NCBI GenBank assembly: GCA_001275005.1
Contig: JWZX01002582.1
Coordinates: 1-34,900, forward strand
Length of the DNA stretch: 34,900 nucleotides
Direction: 5' to 3'
DNA from: Chrysochromulina tobinii
Lineage: Eukaryota
Part shown: one piece after another, positions 1 through 10,100 of the stretch
Layout: every line of letters begins with the position of its first letter
Position numbering within the stretch: position 1 is the stretch's first letter
Notes under the pieces: model-generated
What the model was told of the DNA's origin: nothing
Database searches by the model: none
What the model saw: the letters and a program-made list of their open reading frames with translations, nothing else
Position numbers and translations under genes: made by a program

Positions 1-266
1 TCAAGACCGACGGGCGCCCTCTCAACGCGCGCATCGAGCTCCTCCAGGGCCCAAACAACAACAAGCAGGTCATCGAGCTCTACACCGAGGACGGCCTCGA
101 CCGGCCATTCTTCGCCATCCTCGAGACCCCGGGCTCGGGCAACGTCGTCCGCATCGTCAACACCGCGCCGATCGAGTTCCCCATGACCGCCGGCGTTGTC
201 CCGCACTCGATCAACACGGACATGTCCGCAGCCGACGTCGTCATCGGAGGCGACCTTGGCCGGTGA
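1..266 (+). CDS. 3' end of a conserved algal protein of unknown function (partial, runs off window start)
   Basis: Not in the ORF track. Frame from nt 3 reads [67 protein letters not shown]...GGDLGR* (TGA 264-266) with very strong C/G third-position bias. The [18 protein letters not shown] motif is recalled from uncharacterised diatom and haptophyte proteins. Confidence 0.85.
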   Translation, partial: KTDGRPLNARIELLQGPNNNKQVIELYTEDGLDRPFFAILETPGSGNVVRIVNTAPIEFPMTAGVVPHSINTDMSAADVVIGGDLGR

Positions 267-472
267 TGTGCAGGCGGCGCGGCCCCGCGGCCGCGCAAAA
301 GGATTGTGTCACACATCAAGCGCGTGGCCGCGCGACGAGTTCCCTCGGGGTCTGGTTCCTTCGGAGGGGGTTGATATCGGAGTTTTCGTATATCTCAATT
401 AGGAAAGTGGAATCTCTCGCGTGCCTTCGAGAAGGGACTGTGAGAAGCTCGCCGACACTCTCCGTCCAAGTC

Positions 473-1111
473 ATGGTCGCTCACCTCTTCGCTCTCACGG
501 CCGCGCTCGTCTCGGGCCGCGGCATGCCCATCGCTGGCACACGGATGCGCACTACCGGCGCCGTGGCGCTCGCGACCCCATTCACATTCGATGGACGCTC
601 ATCGACCATCTCGCCATACGACAACACCAACTTCCAGCTCGCGCGCTACGGATCCTCGCCCGTCTACTCGCCCGTGAGCATGGCCACGTCCATGTATGGT
701 GGCGGCGGCATGATGAACAGCATGTACGGCGGCTACGGCGGCTACGGCGGCATGATGGGCGGCTACGGCGGCATGGGCCGCTATGGCGGCATGGGAGGCT
801 ATGGCGGCATGGGAGGCTACGGCATGGGCCGCTATGGCGGAATGGGTGGCTACGGCGGCATGGGCATGCGCTCGATCGGGTACGGCGGGATGGGCGGCTA
901 TGGCGGCTATGGCAGCATGTACGGCGGCATGGGCCGCTATGGCGGCATGGGAGGCTATGGCGGCATGGGCGGCTACGGCCGCTATGGCGGCATGGGCGGC
1001 TACGGCGGCAGCATGTACGGCGGCATGGGCCGCTACGGCGGCATGGGCAGCTATGGCGGCATGGGCGGCTACGGCCGCTATGGCGGCATGGGCGGCTACG
1101 GTGCCTACTAA
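473..1111 (+). CDS. Gly/Tyr/Met-rich low-complexity repeat protein with N-terminal signal or bipartite-like presequence
   Basis: ATG 473: MVAHLFALTAALVSGRGMPIAGTRMRTTGAVALA..., then about 140 aa of GGMGGY/GGMGRY repeats; stop TAA 1109-1111. Synonymous variation (TAT/TAC, GGA/GGC) in the repeats supports this frame. Confidence 0.8.
   Translation: MVAHLFALTAALVSGRGMPIAGTRMRTTGAVALATPFTFDGRSSTISPYDNTNFQLARYGSSPVYSPVSMATSMYGGGGMMNSMYGGYGGYGGMMGGYGGMGRYGGMGGYGGMGGYGMGRYGGMGGYGGMGMRSIGYGGMGGYGGYGSMYGGMGRYGGMGGYGGMGGYGRYGGMGGYGGSMYGGMGRYGGMGSYGGMGGYGRYGGMGGYGAY
692..1102 (+). repeat. coding tandem repeat, about 18-nt unit (GGCGGCATGGGCSGCTAY) with a higher-order 32-codon duplication
   Basis: Directly visible. 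GSMYGGMGRYGGMG(G/S)YGGMGGYGRYGGMGGYG occurs twice. Confidence 0.9.
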
Positions 1112-1223
1112 GCGCCTGAGCGCATTCAGTACGGCTGACGCACATAGGTGCGGGCGGGCGTGGCCACTGATTTGCCCCATGAGTGCCCCCGAGTGCCGTG
1201 AATGGCTACTGATCGGCACTCAT

Positions 1224-1788
1224 CGCCACCGTGTCCCATCGCTTCCGTGTGCGGTCGATGGCATCCAGAACTTGTGAGGTTTCGTTAGCCGTGGTGCTCA
1301 GGTGGCCGCCACGACGGAGCAGGCGTCTCCGTTTCTGGGGGGCATGGCATGCTGTGGCGCGGCGAGTCTAGGGAGGGATGCGGGGCATGCTGTGTATGGG
1401 GACTGCGCCGTGGTGCGGCGCCACGCCGCGATGCTCTGGACTGGCTCAGACTGTGTGACCGAGTCAAGGTGTGACCGGTGTCTCTACCCCGGGGAGTGCG
1501 ACCTGCGACGTTCGCGTAGATGTCTTATCGTGGCACTGGCAGTGGGACGCATCACTCAACAAGGATGTACGTGTTCTGCTGCGGCGTGGGCCTACAAAGT
1601 GCGCCCGCCGCGCAAGCCGAGGCGATGTATTGTTCGTTTGTACAAAGAGATAAAGAACGATTTAGAGACGACACGACTCGACGTCGGGCGTGTTACGACA
1701 GTGCACACAGTCTCGGGCCTCGCCATCTCGTGGGCGGGTCGGCGGTCGGGTACGATCAAACAGGATGATGCGCCACCGTGTCCCATCG
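1224..1788. repeat. pair of exact 18-nt direct repeats (CGCCACCGTGTCCCATCG at 1224-1241 and 1771-1788) flanking 529 nt
   Basis: Exact match read from the sequence. Lies between two convergent stop codons. Confidence 0.8.
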
Positions 1789-1835
1789 AACTTAGCCAGC
1801 CCCGCGACTAGCCCGCGCCGTCAGCCATCCCAGGG

Positions 1836-2615
1836 CTACGGGCGATAGTCCTCGTCGTCTTCGATCCCGTCGAGCAAGTCATCATCCTCGTCGTCGAAGC
1901 CCTCCTCGAACTCGACGACTAGCTGCTCGATGGTGTCCTGGACGGCGTCGAGCTCCTCGTCGGTGGGCACCTCAAAGGTGTCCTCCTCGAGCAGCTTACC
2001 CACCACGTAGAGAGGCTCGAGCGTCTGCAGGACGAGCACGCTCAGCTTGTCGTGCTTGAGCTCCGCCAACACCAGCGCCTCCTCGCTATCGTCGTCGTCG
2101 TCGCCGTCGTCGTCTGAATACTCAAGCATTCGCAGCGACTCATCTTCGATGAGCTCGAGGCCGGATCCGCGCGCAGTCATCACGACCGGTGTCTCCAGCA
2201 GCTCGATGTCTTTCGACGCGCACGCCTTGACGCACGCCGCCACCAGCTCGGGCGTCATGCGATCTTCGTCGAGAGGCACTAGCCGGCCATTTTGCATCTC
2301 TTGTGCGAGCGTGACCGGCACATGGACCGGATACAGCGCCCCGTACGTCTCGCCTTCGTATTCGAGGCTGGCCGCCATGAAGCACGGGAGCTCGCGCCCT
2401 GTGCCTGGCTCGAGCAGAACCACCTCTGGCGCATCGCTGCTGTCCTCATCAACCTCTCCTTCGTGCTGCATGCGCACCGCCGGCCGCCGCTGCTGTTGCT
2501 CCTGATAGCGTGAGCAGCGCAAGTGCCTCGGCCAGTGCACCACCGGAGCGGCGGCATGTAGCGCCGTTGTCGTGTAGGCCGTCGTCGCTGCCAGGAGCGC
2601 CGCCAGCGATAACAT
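1836..2615 (-). CDS. DUF3727-like acidic protein, probably plastid-targeted
   Basis: MLSLAALLAATTAYTTTA signal plus Arg-rich transit-like segment ending PAVRM. Mature part GRELPCF..SLEYEGETYGALYPVHVPV...LAELKH...LEPLYVVG...PTDEEL resembles cyanobacterial DUF3727 proteins. Confidence 0.7.
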   Translation of the reverse strand: MLSLAALLAATTAYTTTALHAAAPVVHWPRHLRCSRYQEQQQRRPAVRMQHEGEVDEDSSDAPEVVLLEPGTGRELPCFMAASLEYEGETYGALYPVHVPVTLAQEMQNGRLVPLDEDRMTPELVAACVKACASKDIELLETPVVMTARGSGLELIEDESLRMLEYSDDDGDDDDDSEEALVLAELKHDKLSVLVLQTLEPLYVVGKLLEEDTFEVPTDEELDAVQDTIEQLVVEFEEGFDDEDDDLLDGIEDDEDYRP

Positions 2616-2799
2616 GATGACAAAGCGCCGGTGAAAGGAGGCAATCTCACCCGTTCTCCTCTGTTCTCCTTCACACAGTTTTCCCTTCTCACAGCACGTC
2701 CGCGAGCTCTCTGGAACCGACGTCAAACCAACCACAACGCCGCGCATTCCTCCCGCCTTCACACCTTTTTTCTCTGTGCGTAGCGATTTGAGAAAAGTG

Positions 2800-4692
2800 A
2801 TGCCGCCTGGACGCGAGCATAGCTTGGACCTAGACGACGATTTCGCCAGTTCTCTCCCAGTGCCGCCGAGGCAGCAGCCTGCGTTGCCCACCGTGCCGCC
2901 CACCACCAAGTGCAAGCAGGACCCGCAGCTCGTGCGGCGCGTCGTCGATCTCGCCAAGAATGGCGCGACACTCTCGGATATTGACGCCGCGCTGCACTCT
3001 GAAGGCTTCTGCAACTCAATCGGAAACAAATGGCCCCGGTCGTCAGACGGCGGGGTGCTCTCGCGTATCCTCTCTGCTGCGGGCATTGCCGTCCCAAGCA
3101 AGGGTTCGGCGCCGCCGCGGCCGCCTCGTCCCCCTCTGGAGGCCAGGCAGCCGATTGGCCTGCAGGGCAGCAGGACGAATCACGAGGGCCGCACAGACAT
3201 GGCCATCAGTAAGAAGCGCCCCGCTCCGTCAGCACCCTCCTCGGCGCCTCCGGATGAGGTTCCGAGCCGAAAGACGCCTCGTCCTGCTGTGAAGGACGAG
3301 GAGGACGCATTCCAAAAAGGCGGGCCATGCCCGCCACCGCCACCGTCGCCACCGCGAGCGCCGCTACATGAGCCGCCTCGGGCACCGCTACCACAGCCAG
3401 CATCATCAGTGCTGCCTGATGCGCCACCGCCGCTCTCGCTGCCAGCAGTGCAAGGCGGAGCACCCGAGGCGCTGTCGCCGGAGCATGCGCTGGCTACGGA
3501 CGACGAGGACGAGGAGGACGAGGAGGACGGGGCGCAGCAAGATTCACCCATTTCGCGACGGCTCGCTGCCGAGCGCACTGTCGCCCTCGCCCAGCCTCCG
3601 CCGCCGCCGCTGCCGTCGTCGACGCGACCAGCGCCGCTGGCCTCCTGGCGATTCGATTCAGACGAGGCAGCGATGGAGGCGGAGGTCGAGGCCGAGGCGG
3701 CCGCCGCAAGTGTAGCCGCAGTCGCAGCCGCAAGCGTATCCGAAGCCGCGGCAGCCGCGGAGTTGCCCCATCCGCGTGCGCCGGCGATGCCTACGCAGAC
3801 GGCTGAGGACGCTCACGACGATGCGGATTTTGCTGATGCGCGGCCCGTCTCGGCCGCTCGGGGCGGCGGCGGCCGTGGGACCGCCGGCCGCGGCGCTGCC
3901 AGCAGCAGCGGCGGCGGCAGCGGCGGCGGCAGCGGCGGCGCTCGTGGACGTGGCCGAGGCGGCGGCAAAGGCGGAGGCAAAGGCGGAGGCAAAGCGGTGG
4001 CGAAGGCGGCGGCAAAGGCGGCGGCGACAAAACGCGAGGCCGCCGAGCAGCGCGCCGCTACTGCGGCCGCACACCCCCAGAATGGCGAGCAGTGCGCCTT
4101 CTGCGGCGAGCACTTGCACCGTTGGGGCGCGCACGCGGTCTGCTCCGCGCCGTGCGGGCACACGTTTGGCGAGATTTGCCTGCGCCAGTACGTGCAGTAC
4201 GCCGTGCAGCAGCGGCAGACGGCGCAGTGTCCGAGCTGTAAGACGAGGCTACGCAGGGGGCTTGAGGACGTGCGCCGGCTCTACGTGGCCAACCAAGAGG
4301 AGCGACCCGACGACCCCGCCCGGCTGCGTCAGCGCGTCGATGCACTTGAGGCCGAGAAGCAAGTCGAGACGCGCGCGCTCGCAGCCGCAGAGGGCCGCGC
4401 TCGGCTGGCCGAGGCGGCGCTGCAGGCGCACCAGGCGAGGCATTCCACAACCCTCGCGGCAGCCAACATCGTCGCGCCGGTGGAACTCGCACCGGGTGGC
4501 ACATTCGCGCCGCTACTCCCACTGGAGCCTGCGGGCATCGACGCCGAGGTGCGCGAGACCGAGCGCCGTCCCGAGCGCGAGGCGGAGCGCCGTACCGAGC
4601 GCGAGAACGAGCCCGAGCAGCTGTGCACCGAGGTGGAGGCTTCGGTGGAACTAGAACGGAGTAGGAACAGAGAGAGAGAGATTCGTGACTGA
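2800..4692 (+). CDS. RING-finger protein (RFWD3/TRAIP-like RING plus coiled coil) with N-terminal small helical domain and long disordered linker
   Basis: CAFC...HAVCSAPCGHTFGEICLRQYV...CPSC at about 4093-4239 matches the RFWD3-type RING pattern (CGHxFGxxC), followed by a heptad-rich helix. No WD40 region is seen. Confidence 0.75.
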   Translation: MPPGREHSLDLDDDFASSLPVPPRQQPALPTVPPTTKCKQDPQLVRRVVDLAKNGATLSDIDAALHSEGFCNSIGNKWPRSSDGGVLSRILSAAGIAVPSKGSAPPRPPRPPLEARQPIGLQGSRTNHEGRTDMAISKKRPAPSAPSSAPPDEVPSRKTPRPAVKDEEDAFQKGGPCPPPPPSPPRAPLHEPPRAPLPQPASSVLPDAPPPLSLPAVQGGAPEALSPEHALATDDEDEEDEEDGAQQDSPISRRLAAERTVALAQPPPPPLPSSTRPAPLASWRFDSDEAAMEAEVEAEAAAASVAAVAAASVSEAAAAAELPHPRAPAMPTQTAEDAHDDADFADARPVSAARGGGGRGTAGRGAASSSGGGSGGGSGGARGRGRGGGKGGGKGGGKAVAKAAAKAAATKREAAEQRAATAAAHPQNGEQCAFCGEHLHRWGAHAVCSAPCGHTFGEICLRQYVQYAVQQRQTAQCPSCKTRLRRGLEDVRRLYVANQEERPDDPARLRQRVDALEAEKQVETRALAAAEGRARLAEAALQAHQARHSTTLAAANIVAPVELAPGGTFAPLLPLEPAGIDAEVRETERRPEREAERRTERENEPEQLCTEVEASVELERSRNREREIRD

Positions 4693-5106
4693 ACAAGCTA
4701 AGGAACAAAGGAGCACAGAGACTGTGTGAAAGTTGTGCTGCAGCCCGCGCCTAACCCGCGCGGCCAGGCCGAAAGCGAAACGGTTGATCACGGCCCCAGT
4801 GGGCGGAGTTAGCGGAGGACGATCGTCCGACGACGCGGACAAGTTGTGACCGGTATACAGACTTCAAGGGCTACAGTGTCTCGCGACCGAGATGCAGTCA
4901 AACGCGCTACTGTAGTCAAACATGAAATCGTCGTGACGAAGAAAATGACGAAGCACATGTCTGTGGGTAGAAGTCTTTTTTTGACGGGCGACGCCGTTGA
5001 GGCGAACCGGTCGGAAAGAGAAACACGCCATCATTTCAGCGTCCTTGCCCGCCTCGCTCAACGGGGGTGAAAAGAGCCTGTCTTTGCGAGAAAAGCTCAA
5101 TCAGCC

Positions 5107-6375
5107 ATGCGAAGACACATGTCCATACGCAGTACTTTCAAGGCCAAGGAACCCCCGATCTCACACGACGGCCTTAAGGTCAAGGTTCTGGGCAAGCGCC
5201 GCAAGGATTTTTTCAGCACCTTCATACCGTCCATACTGCAGCTCAGCGCGCCGGCGCTCATATTCATGTCGTTCGTCATTTACATCTGCTGCACCCTCTT
5301 CTTCGCCTTCCTCTTCTACGCACAGGGCGCGGACTGCTTTGTGATCCCAACGAGACCGACGGCGTTTCATTACGAGGCGTTCTGGCTCTCGGTGCAAACC
5401 TTCTCGACTGTCGGTTTCGGCTCGATCTACCCCATTTGCTTTAGTGGCCACCTGGTCGTCGTATTCGAGTGCTTCTCCTCGCTCATCGTGACTGCGATCC
5501 TCGGTGGTGCCATCTTCTTCAATGTTATGTTGCCGCGCTCGAGGATACGGTTCTCGAAGCAGGCGCTCGTGGACGTGGACGTGCACCCGCGGACGGGAAC
5601 GTCGTATAAGATGATCACCTTCCGGCTGGTGCGCGAGTCGGACGCCACGATGCGCGACGCCAACATTCGCGTCCAGGCGCGCTTCATCGCCAAGGGAACC
5701 GACGGCGAAAAGGATGACTCGCAATTGACAGAGCTCAAGCTCAAGAGCAGCTACTACAACCTGCTCGAGCATTGGCAGGTGTGTCACACGATCGATGAGA
5801 GGTCGCCGCTCTGGCCAGTGCGCGACAATCTGCCTACGGCGCTCTCTGCGCTCGAAGTCTCCATTGTGTTCTTCGACGTCGCGTACAACCAGGATGTGCG
5901 CCGCTTCCACGCATACAGCCACAGGGAGTTGATCTTCGGCGCCACTTTCGACGTAATGGTGGGCAGGTCCTTAGAGCACGGGAAGAAGCTCCTCGAGATC
6001 CGGCACGACAAGCTCGACTCGTACACGCTGCACATCAATCCGAGCCCCGCGAAACCACCACCCCGCTCTCTCCGACTTCTGCTCAAGCGGGGGGCACGGG
6101 TCGAGGCTGATGACGCTCATAAGAAGGCGGCTGCGCCGTCTGCTGCGCCGGCCGGGGTGCAGCCTAGGTTGCAGTGGGTGCAGGTAGCTCCGGACGGAGT
6201 GGCTGGCGTGCACGCGGGCGAGGCGGTGGAGGTAAAGGCGAAGGCGTTCTCGACGTTGACGCCCGTCGTGAGCTTGAGTGATAGTGAGGCGGGGTCGAGT
6301 CCTAGGACGGGGTCGTGGACGCCACGAGGTGCAGATGCAAGGGAGGCGCCCGATGCAAGAGCCAGGACGTGCTGA
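5107..6375 (+). CDS. inward-rectifier potassium channel (Kir family)
   Basis: TM1, pore helix AFWLSVQTFSTVGFGSIYP, TM2, then the Kir cytoplasmic domain (PRSRIRFSKQALV, ITFRL, HTIDERSPLW, HAYSHRELIFGATF). The true start may lie upstream. Confidence 0.9.
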   Translation: MRRHMSIRSTFKAKEPPISHDGLKVKVLGKRRKDFFSTFIPSILQLSAPALIFMSFVIYICCTLFFAFLFYAQGADCFVIPTRPTAFHYEAFWLSVQTFSTVGFGSIYPICFSGHLVVVFECFSSLIVTAILGGAIFFNVMLPRSRIRFSKQALVDVDVHPRTGTSYKMITFRLVRESDATMRDANIRVQARFIAKGTDGEKDDSQLTELKLKSSYYNLLEHWQVCHTIDERSPLWPVRDNLPTALSALEVSIVFFDVAYNQDVRRFHAYSHRELIFGATFDVMVGRSLEHGKKLLEIRHDKLDSYTLHINPSPAKPPPRSLRLLLKRGARVEADDAHKKAAAPSAAPAGVQPRLQWVQVAPDGVAGVHAGEAVEVKAKAFSTLTPVVSLSDSEAGSSPRTGSWTPRGADAREAPDARARTC

Positions 6376-7158
6376 TGCCGAGTAGATCTCGAGCCGTTCC
6401 GACGAGTCAACCGCAAGGTCAACCGCCGCAAGGTACCAGAGCATGGAGTGAAGAATCAGGTGCGTCTCGTGCACACGTGAGGGGGGAGGGGGCGTGATGC
6501 AATGCGTGTAGCGTGTTCTACTAAGTTATTTGCTGAAACATCATTGAGCATAGAGTATCATAAGGGTATCCAGAATCAACCACAACCTTAACCACAACCT
6601 CAGAGTTATCTGTACGAGCGTACGTATGTAAGAGCGGCGAGGAGTCGAGTGAGAGCGTCGGCGGCACCCAATCGCACCCGCCCTGGCGTGGTGACCCTCG
6701 CGGTAGGGCGGACAAGTAGGGCGGGCAAGCGCGCGGAACTGTTACGAAATGATACTGGGTGGCCGTACGCTTCCTGAGCTACATGTATCCGCTTTTATAG
6801 CTGTTTCACAGTGTTGTGAAGTTGTCTGCAAACGAAAGAAAAAGGCTTCCACACGTCAAGATGACATCATCAACGCGCTCCCCGACCTCCACGACACCAA
6901 CGGCAACACCATCCCCAAGATGGTTGAGTACGGCAGCTATACGACGAGCGCTACCTCCGCATCGCGCGCACCACATGCCCGGCTTCCCATGCGCCATGGC
7001 TTCCAATCCCGTGCCTCTAGAAAACACCCCTGCGCGGTGCCCAGACTGTGTCGGTGTGAACACACGAGCGGGCAGTAACAGTGCCGTGGTTGTCGCGACT
7101 GTCGTTCACACATTCACAGCCAATGTTTATAACTCGACATTCACACTTCCCCTCAGCA

Positions 7159-10100
7159 ATGCTCGGCCGACCGCTGAGCTACCGCGCCTTATGCGGCCCA
7201 AGTGCGCCATGCGCTATGTCGCCGTTGCTGCGCAGCCGCCGTGCAGGATTCCTGACCGCCACGGCTGACGCAGAGCTTGAATTGCTGGACGCGGTTCCTG
7301 ATGACGAGGCTTGCACGCTCCCACGACGATGGGTCCTCTTCACCGACCTGCACGTGCAAAAGGACACGCTCCCGACGTGCGTGCGCGTGCTACGACGCGT
7401 CGCGGCCGAAGCGCAGTCGCGCGATGCGGGCATCATCTGCCTCGGTGACTTTTGGCACGCGGGCGGCATGCTGCACACGCGGCAGCTCAACCGGATCCTC
7501 GACGAGATCCGGCGGTGGGACATGCCGGTGCTGATGATCCCGGGCAACCACGACCAGGCGATGCGCGGCAACCCGGACCCGCTGCTGCACGCGCTCACGC
7601 CGCTCGGGCTGGCCAGTCCCTCCACAATCCGCGTCTTTTCGCGCCCGACGCGACTGGCAGACTCGTTGTGGGTGCCATATGGGACGAGCGCTGATGAGCT
7701 GCGCGCCGCGTGCGCGCGCGCGCAGGCGCACGCGCCCCTCGCGGCGGTCTTCTGCCACGCCGACATTGTGGGCGGCCTGATGAACGAGGGCGTGGCCGCT
7801 ACCCGAGGTCTACCTCCGGACGCCTTCCCGCCACTGCCGACGATCGTCTACTCGGGGCATTACCACAAACCGCACACGGTGGCCGAGCCAACCGCTCGAG
7901 GCCGGCTCATTCGGTACGCCGGCTCGCCGTACCAGACGTCGATGGCGGAGGCGGGGCAGCGCAAGGCACTCCTGGTGCTCGACCGCGAGCGCGGCTGGGC
8001 AGTCGAGGACGAAGTGCCCTTGGACCTCGGCCCACGTCACCACGTACTGCGCGCGCCGCTGCACGAGCAGCTGCTCACCCTCGCACCGGCGCTGCGTCAG
8101 GGCGATCGGCTGCTGCTGCTGAGTGCGGAGGTGGGCGAGGGGGGGCTCGCCGCCTTCGCTGCCGAGCAGCGCCGCCGCGGCGTGAACGTCGAGCTCCGTG
8201 CTGTGAACGAGGAGTTGCCTAATATGGAGCTACTGGCCTCGACCGCCGCCGCACAGCTCGGCGCGGCGGGCGGCGGCGGCGGCGCAGACCAGCCGGATCT
8301 GCTGCAGCCCGCGGCGCTCTTCGCGGCGTATGCGGACGCGAAGAACCTCTCGGCGCCGTTGCGGGCGCTTGCCACGACGCTGCTCGACGCGAGCCTCACG
8401 GCGGCCGGAAGTGCGTTCGTCCCACCGCCGCCTGTGCGGCTCTCTCTTTCGAGCGTGAGCGTGGAGGGCTTTGGGTGCTTCGAGTCGGCGCTCGTGTACC
8501 CGCTCGAGCGGCGTGGTCTGCTCCTGCTGCGCGGCGCGACGGCGAGTGAGTCCAACAACGCGGGCGCAGGCGCGGACGTGAGCGACGAGGGCGACGACGG
8601 CGAGGTGACGGCGAGTAACGGTGCGGGCAAGACGACGCTCGCGATGGCGCCGCTCTGGGCACTCACCGGCAGTACCGACGCGCGCGCGGACGGAAAGCCA
8701 ATCGAGGCGCGCGGCGTCATCCACGACGGCTCGGCGCGCGCGGTGGTGACGTTGCGGGGGAGTGTGCAGATGATGCCCAGTGAAGCGGCAGTCGGCGGCG
8801 AGAGCGAGGGGGGCGGCCGCACGAAACACGGGAGCCCCTCGGCCGGCGCCCACGACGGCGCCCACGACGGCGCCCACGACGGCGCCCACGACGGCGGGAG
8901 CCCCTCGGCCGGCGCCTCGGCCGGCGCCCACGACGGCGCCTCGGCCGGCGTGCGCCCGGCGCAGCGCCCGGCGCACGCCCTCCCCTTCGAAGTGACTCGC
9001 ACGATGGGCAAGCGCGAGCATACCCTGAGCTTCCGACTGGGCGACACTGTGCATGAGGGTACGCTCGCTCAGGTTCAGGAGCAGCTGGATGCGGCTCTGC
9101 AGTCCACGCAGCTCGCACGCACCATCTTCTTCGGCCAGCACGGTGGGGGGGGTCTGCTGGACAAAACCGACGCGGCGCTCAAGGCCGAGCTCCAGGCGCT
9201 GCTGCCACTCGAGCTCTGGGAGAGTGTGCGCGAGACGGCGCGGCTGCAGGTGCGACTGATTGCAACTGATTGCGACTGAGTGCGACTGAGTGCGACTGAG
9301 TGCGACTGATGGCGACTGATTGCGACCGATTGCGACTGTTTGCGACCGATTGCGACTCTGAGTGCATGCATGCGCGGCGCGGCTGCAGGCCGCGGCGGCG
9401 CGCGACGAGGGCGAGCGGATGGTGGGTGAGATGGCGGCGGCCACGCGGCAGCGGGCGCAGGCCGCCTTGCAGCTCGAGGCAGTCCACGCGCAGGCCACCG
9501 CGTGGGAGCAAGAGCGGCGCACACGTGTCAACGCGCGCCGTGCCGAGCTCGAGGCCCTTCTCGGCTCGGTGGGCACGGAGATCACGGAGATCACGGAGAT
9601 CACTTCGACGGGTGCGGGCGTCGCCTTGAAGGATGATGCTGGCGTCGCTGCGCCCGCGGACGCGGACGCGGCTCTCAAGAGTGCGAGGGAGGCTGTTGAA
9701 CGTGCGAGCGAGGCGCTCGCACAGCTCCGAGAGGAGGCATCGGCCACGCTCGCCCAGATGCAGACGCGGGTGCGCCGTTCGTTTACAGAGGCGCAGGCCG
9801 CCGCCGAGAGGGTCATTGAGGCCGATGCGGCCGCGGCGAGCAGCCGAGCGCGACTGGACAGCGCGCAGCAGCGAGCTGCGGCTCTCCGCGCGTCTGTGAG
9901 CGCGTGGGGTTGGGATGCGCTACGTCTCAAGGCCGCACGCGCGCTCGCGGACGCGGGCGAGGTCAGTCGACAAGGCATCCTTCGGGACGCAGCCCGGGAG
10001 GCACCTAGAGGCGTCGACATTGAAGCTGACCTGGCGCGCAAAGGCCTTGTGCCCCTCGAACAGCCATTCACATTCACAGTCTCGAAGGCTGGCAAGGATG

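Noticed and set aside
1302..1811. 169-aa Cys/Arg-rich ORF inside the direct-repeat-bounded segment
   Set aside because: GTG start, no codon bias and no recognisable transposase or other domain.
2616..3101. N-terminal 162 codons of the 421-aa minus ORF
   Set aside because: Overlaps the RING gene and the promoter gap. The signal peptide begins at ATG 2615.
4846..5106. ORF in frame with Kir, separated by a single TGA (readthrough or selenocysteine idea)
   Set aside because: The upstream peptide has no Kir-like or selenoprotein features and no SECIS was identified. Chance or an indel is more likely.
6749..7078. 109-aa ORF upstream of the SbcCD fusion
   Set aside because: Only a short central stretch looks codon-biased, with no recognisable homology. 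It may be a gene remnant but cannot be supported.
9251..9360. Regular short repeats resembling a CRISPR array (also 10644-10710)
   Set aside because: The units are 10 nt and head-to-tail with no unique spacers. There are no cas genes, and the context is a eukaryotic intron.
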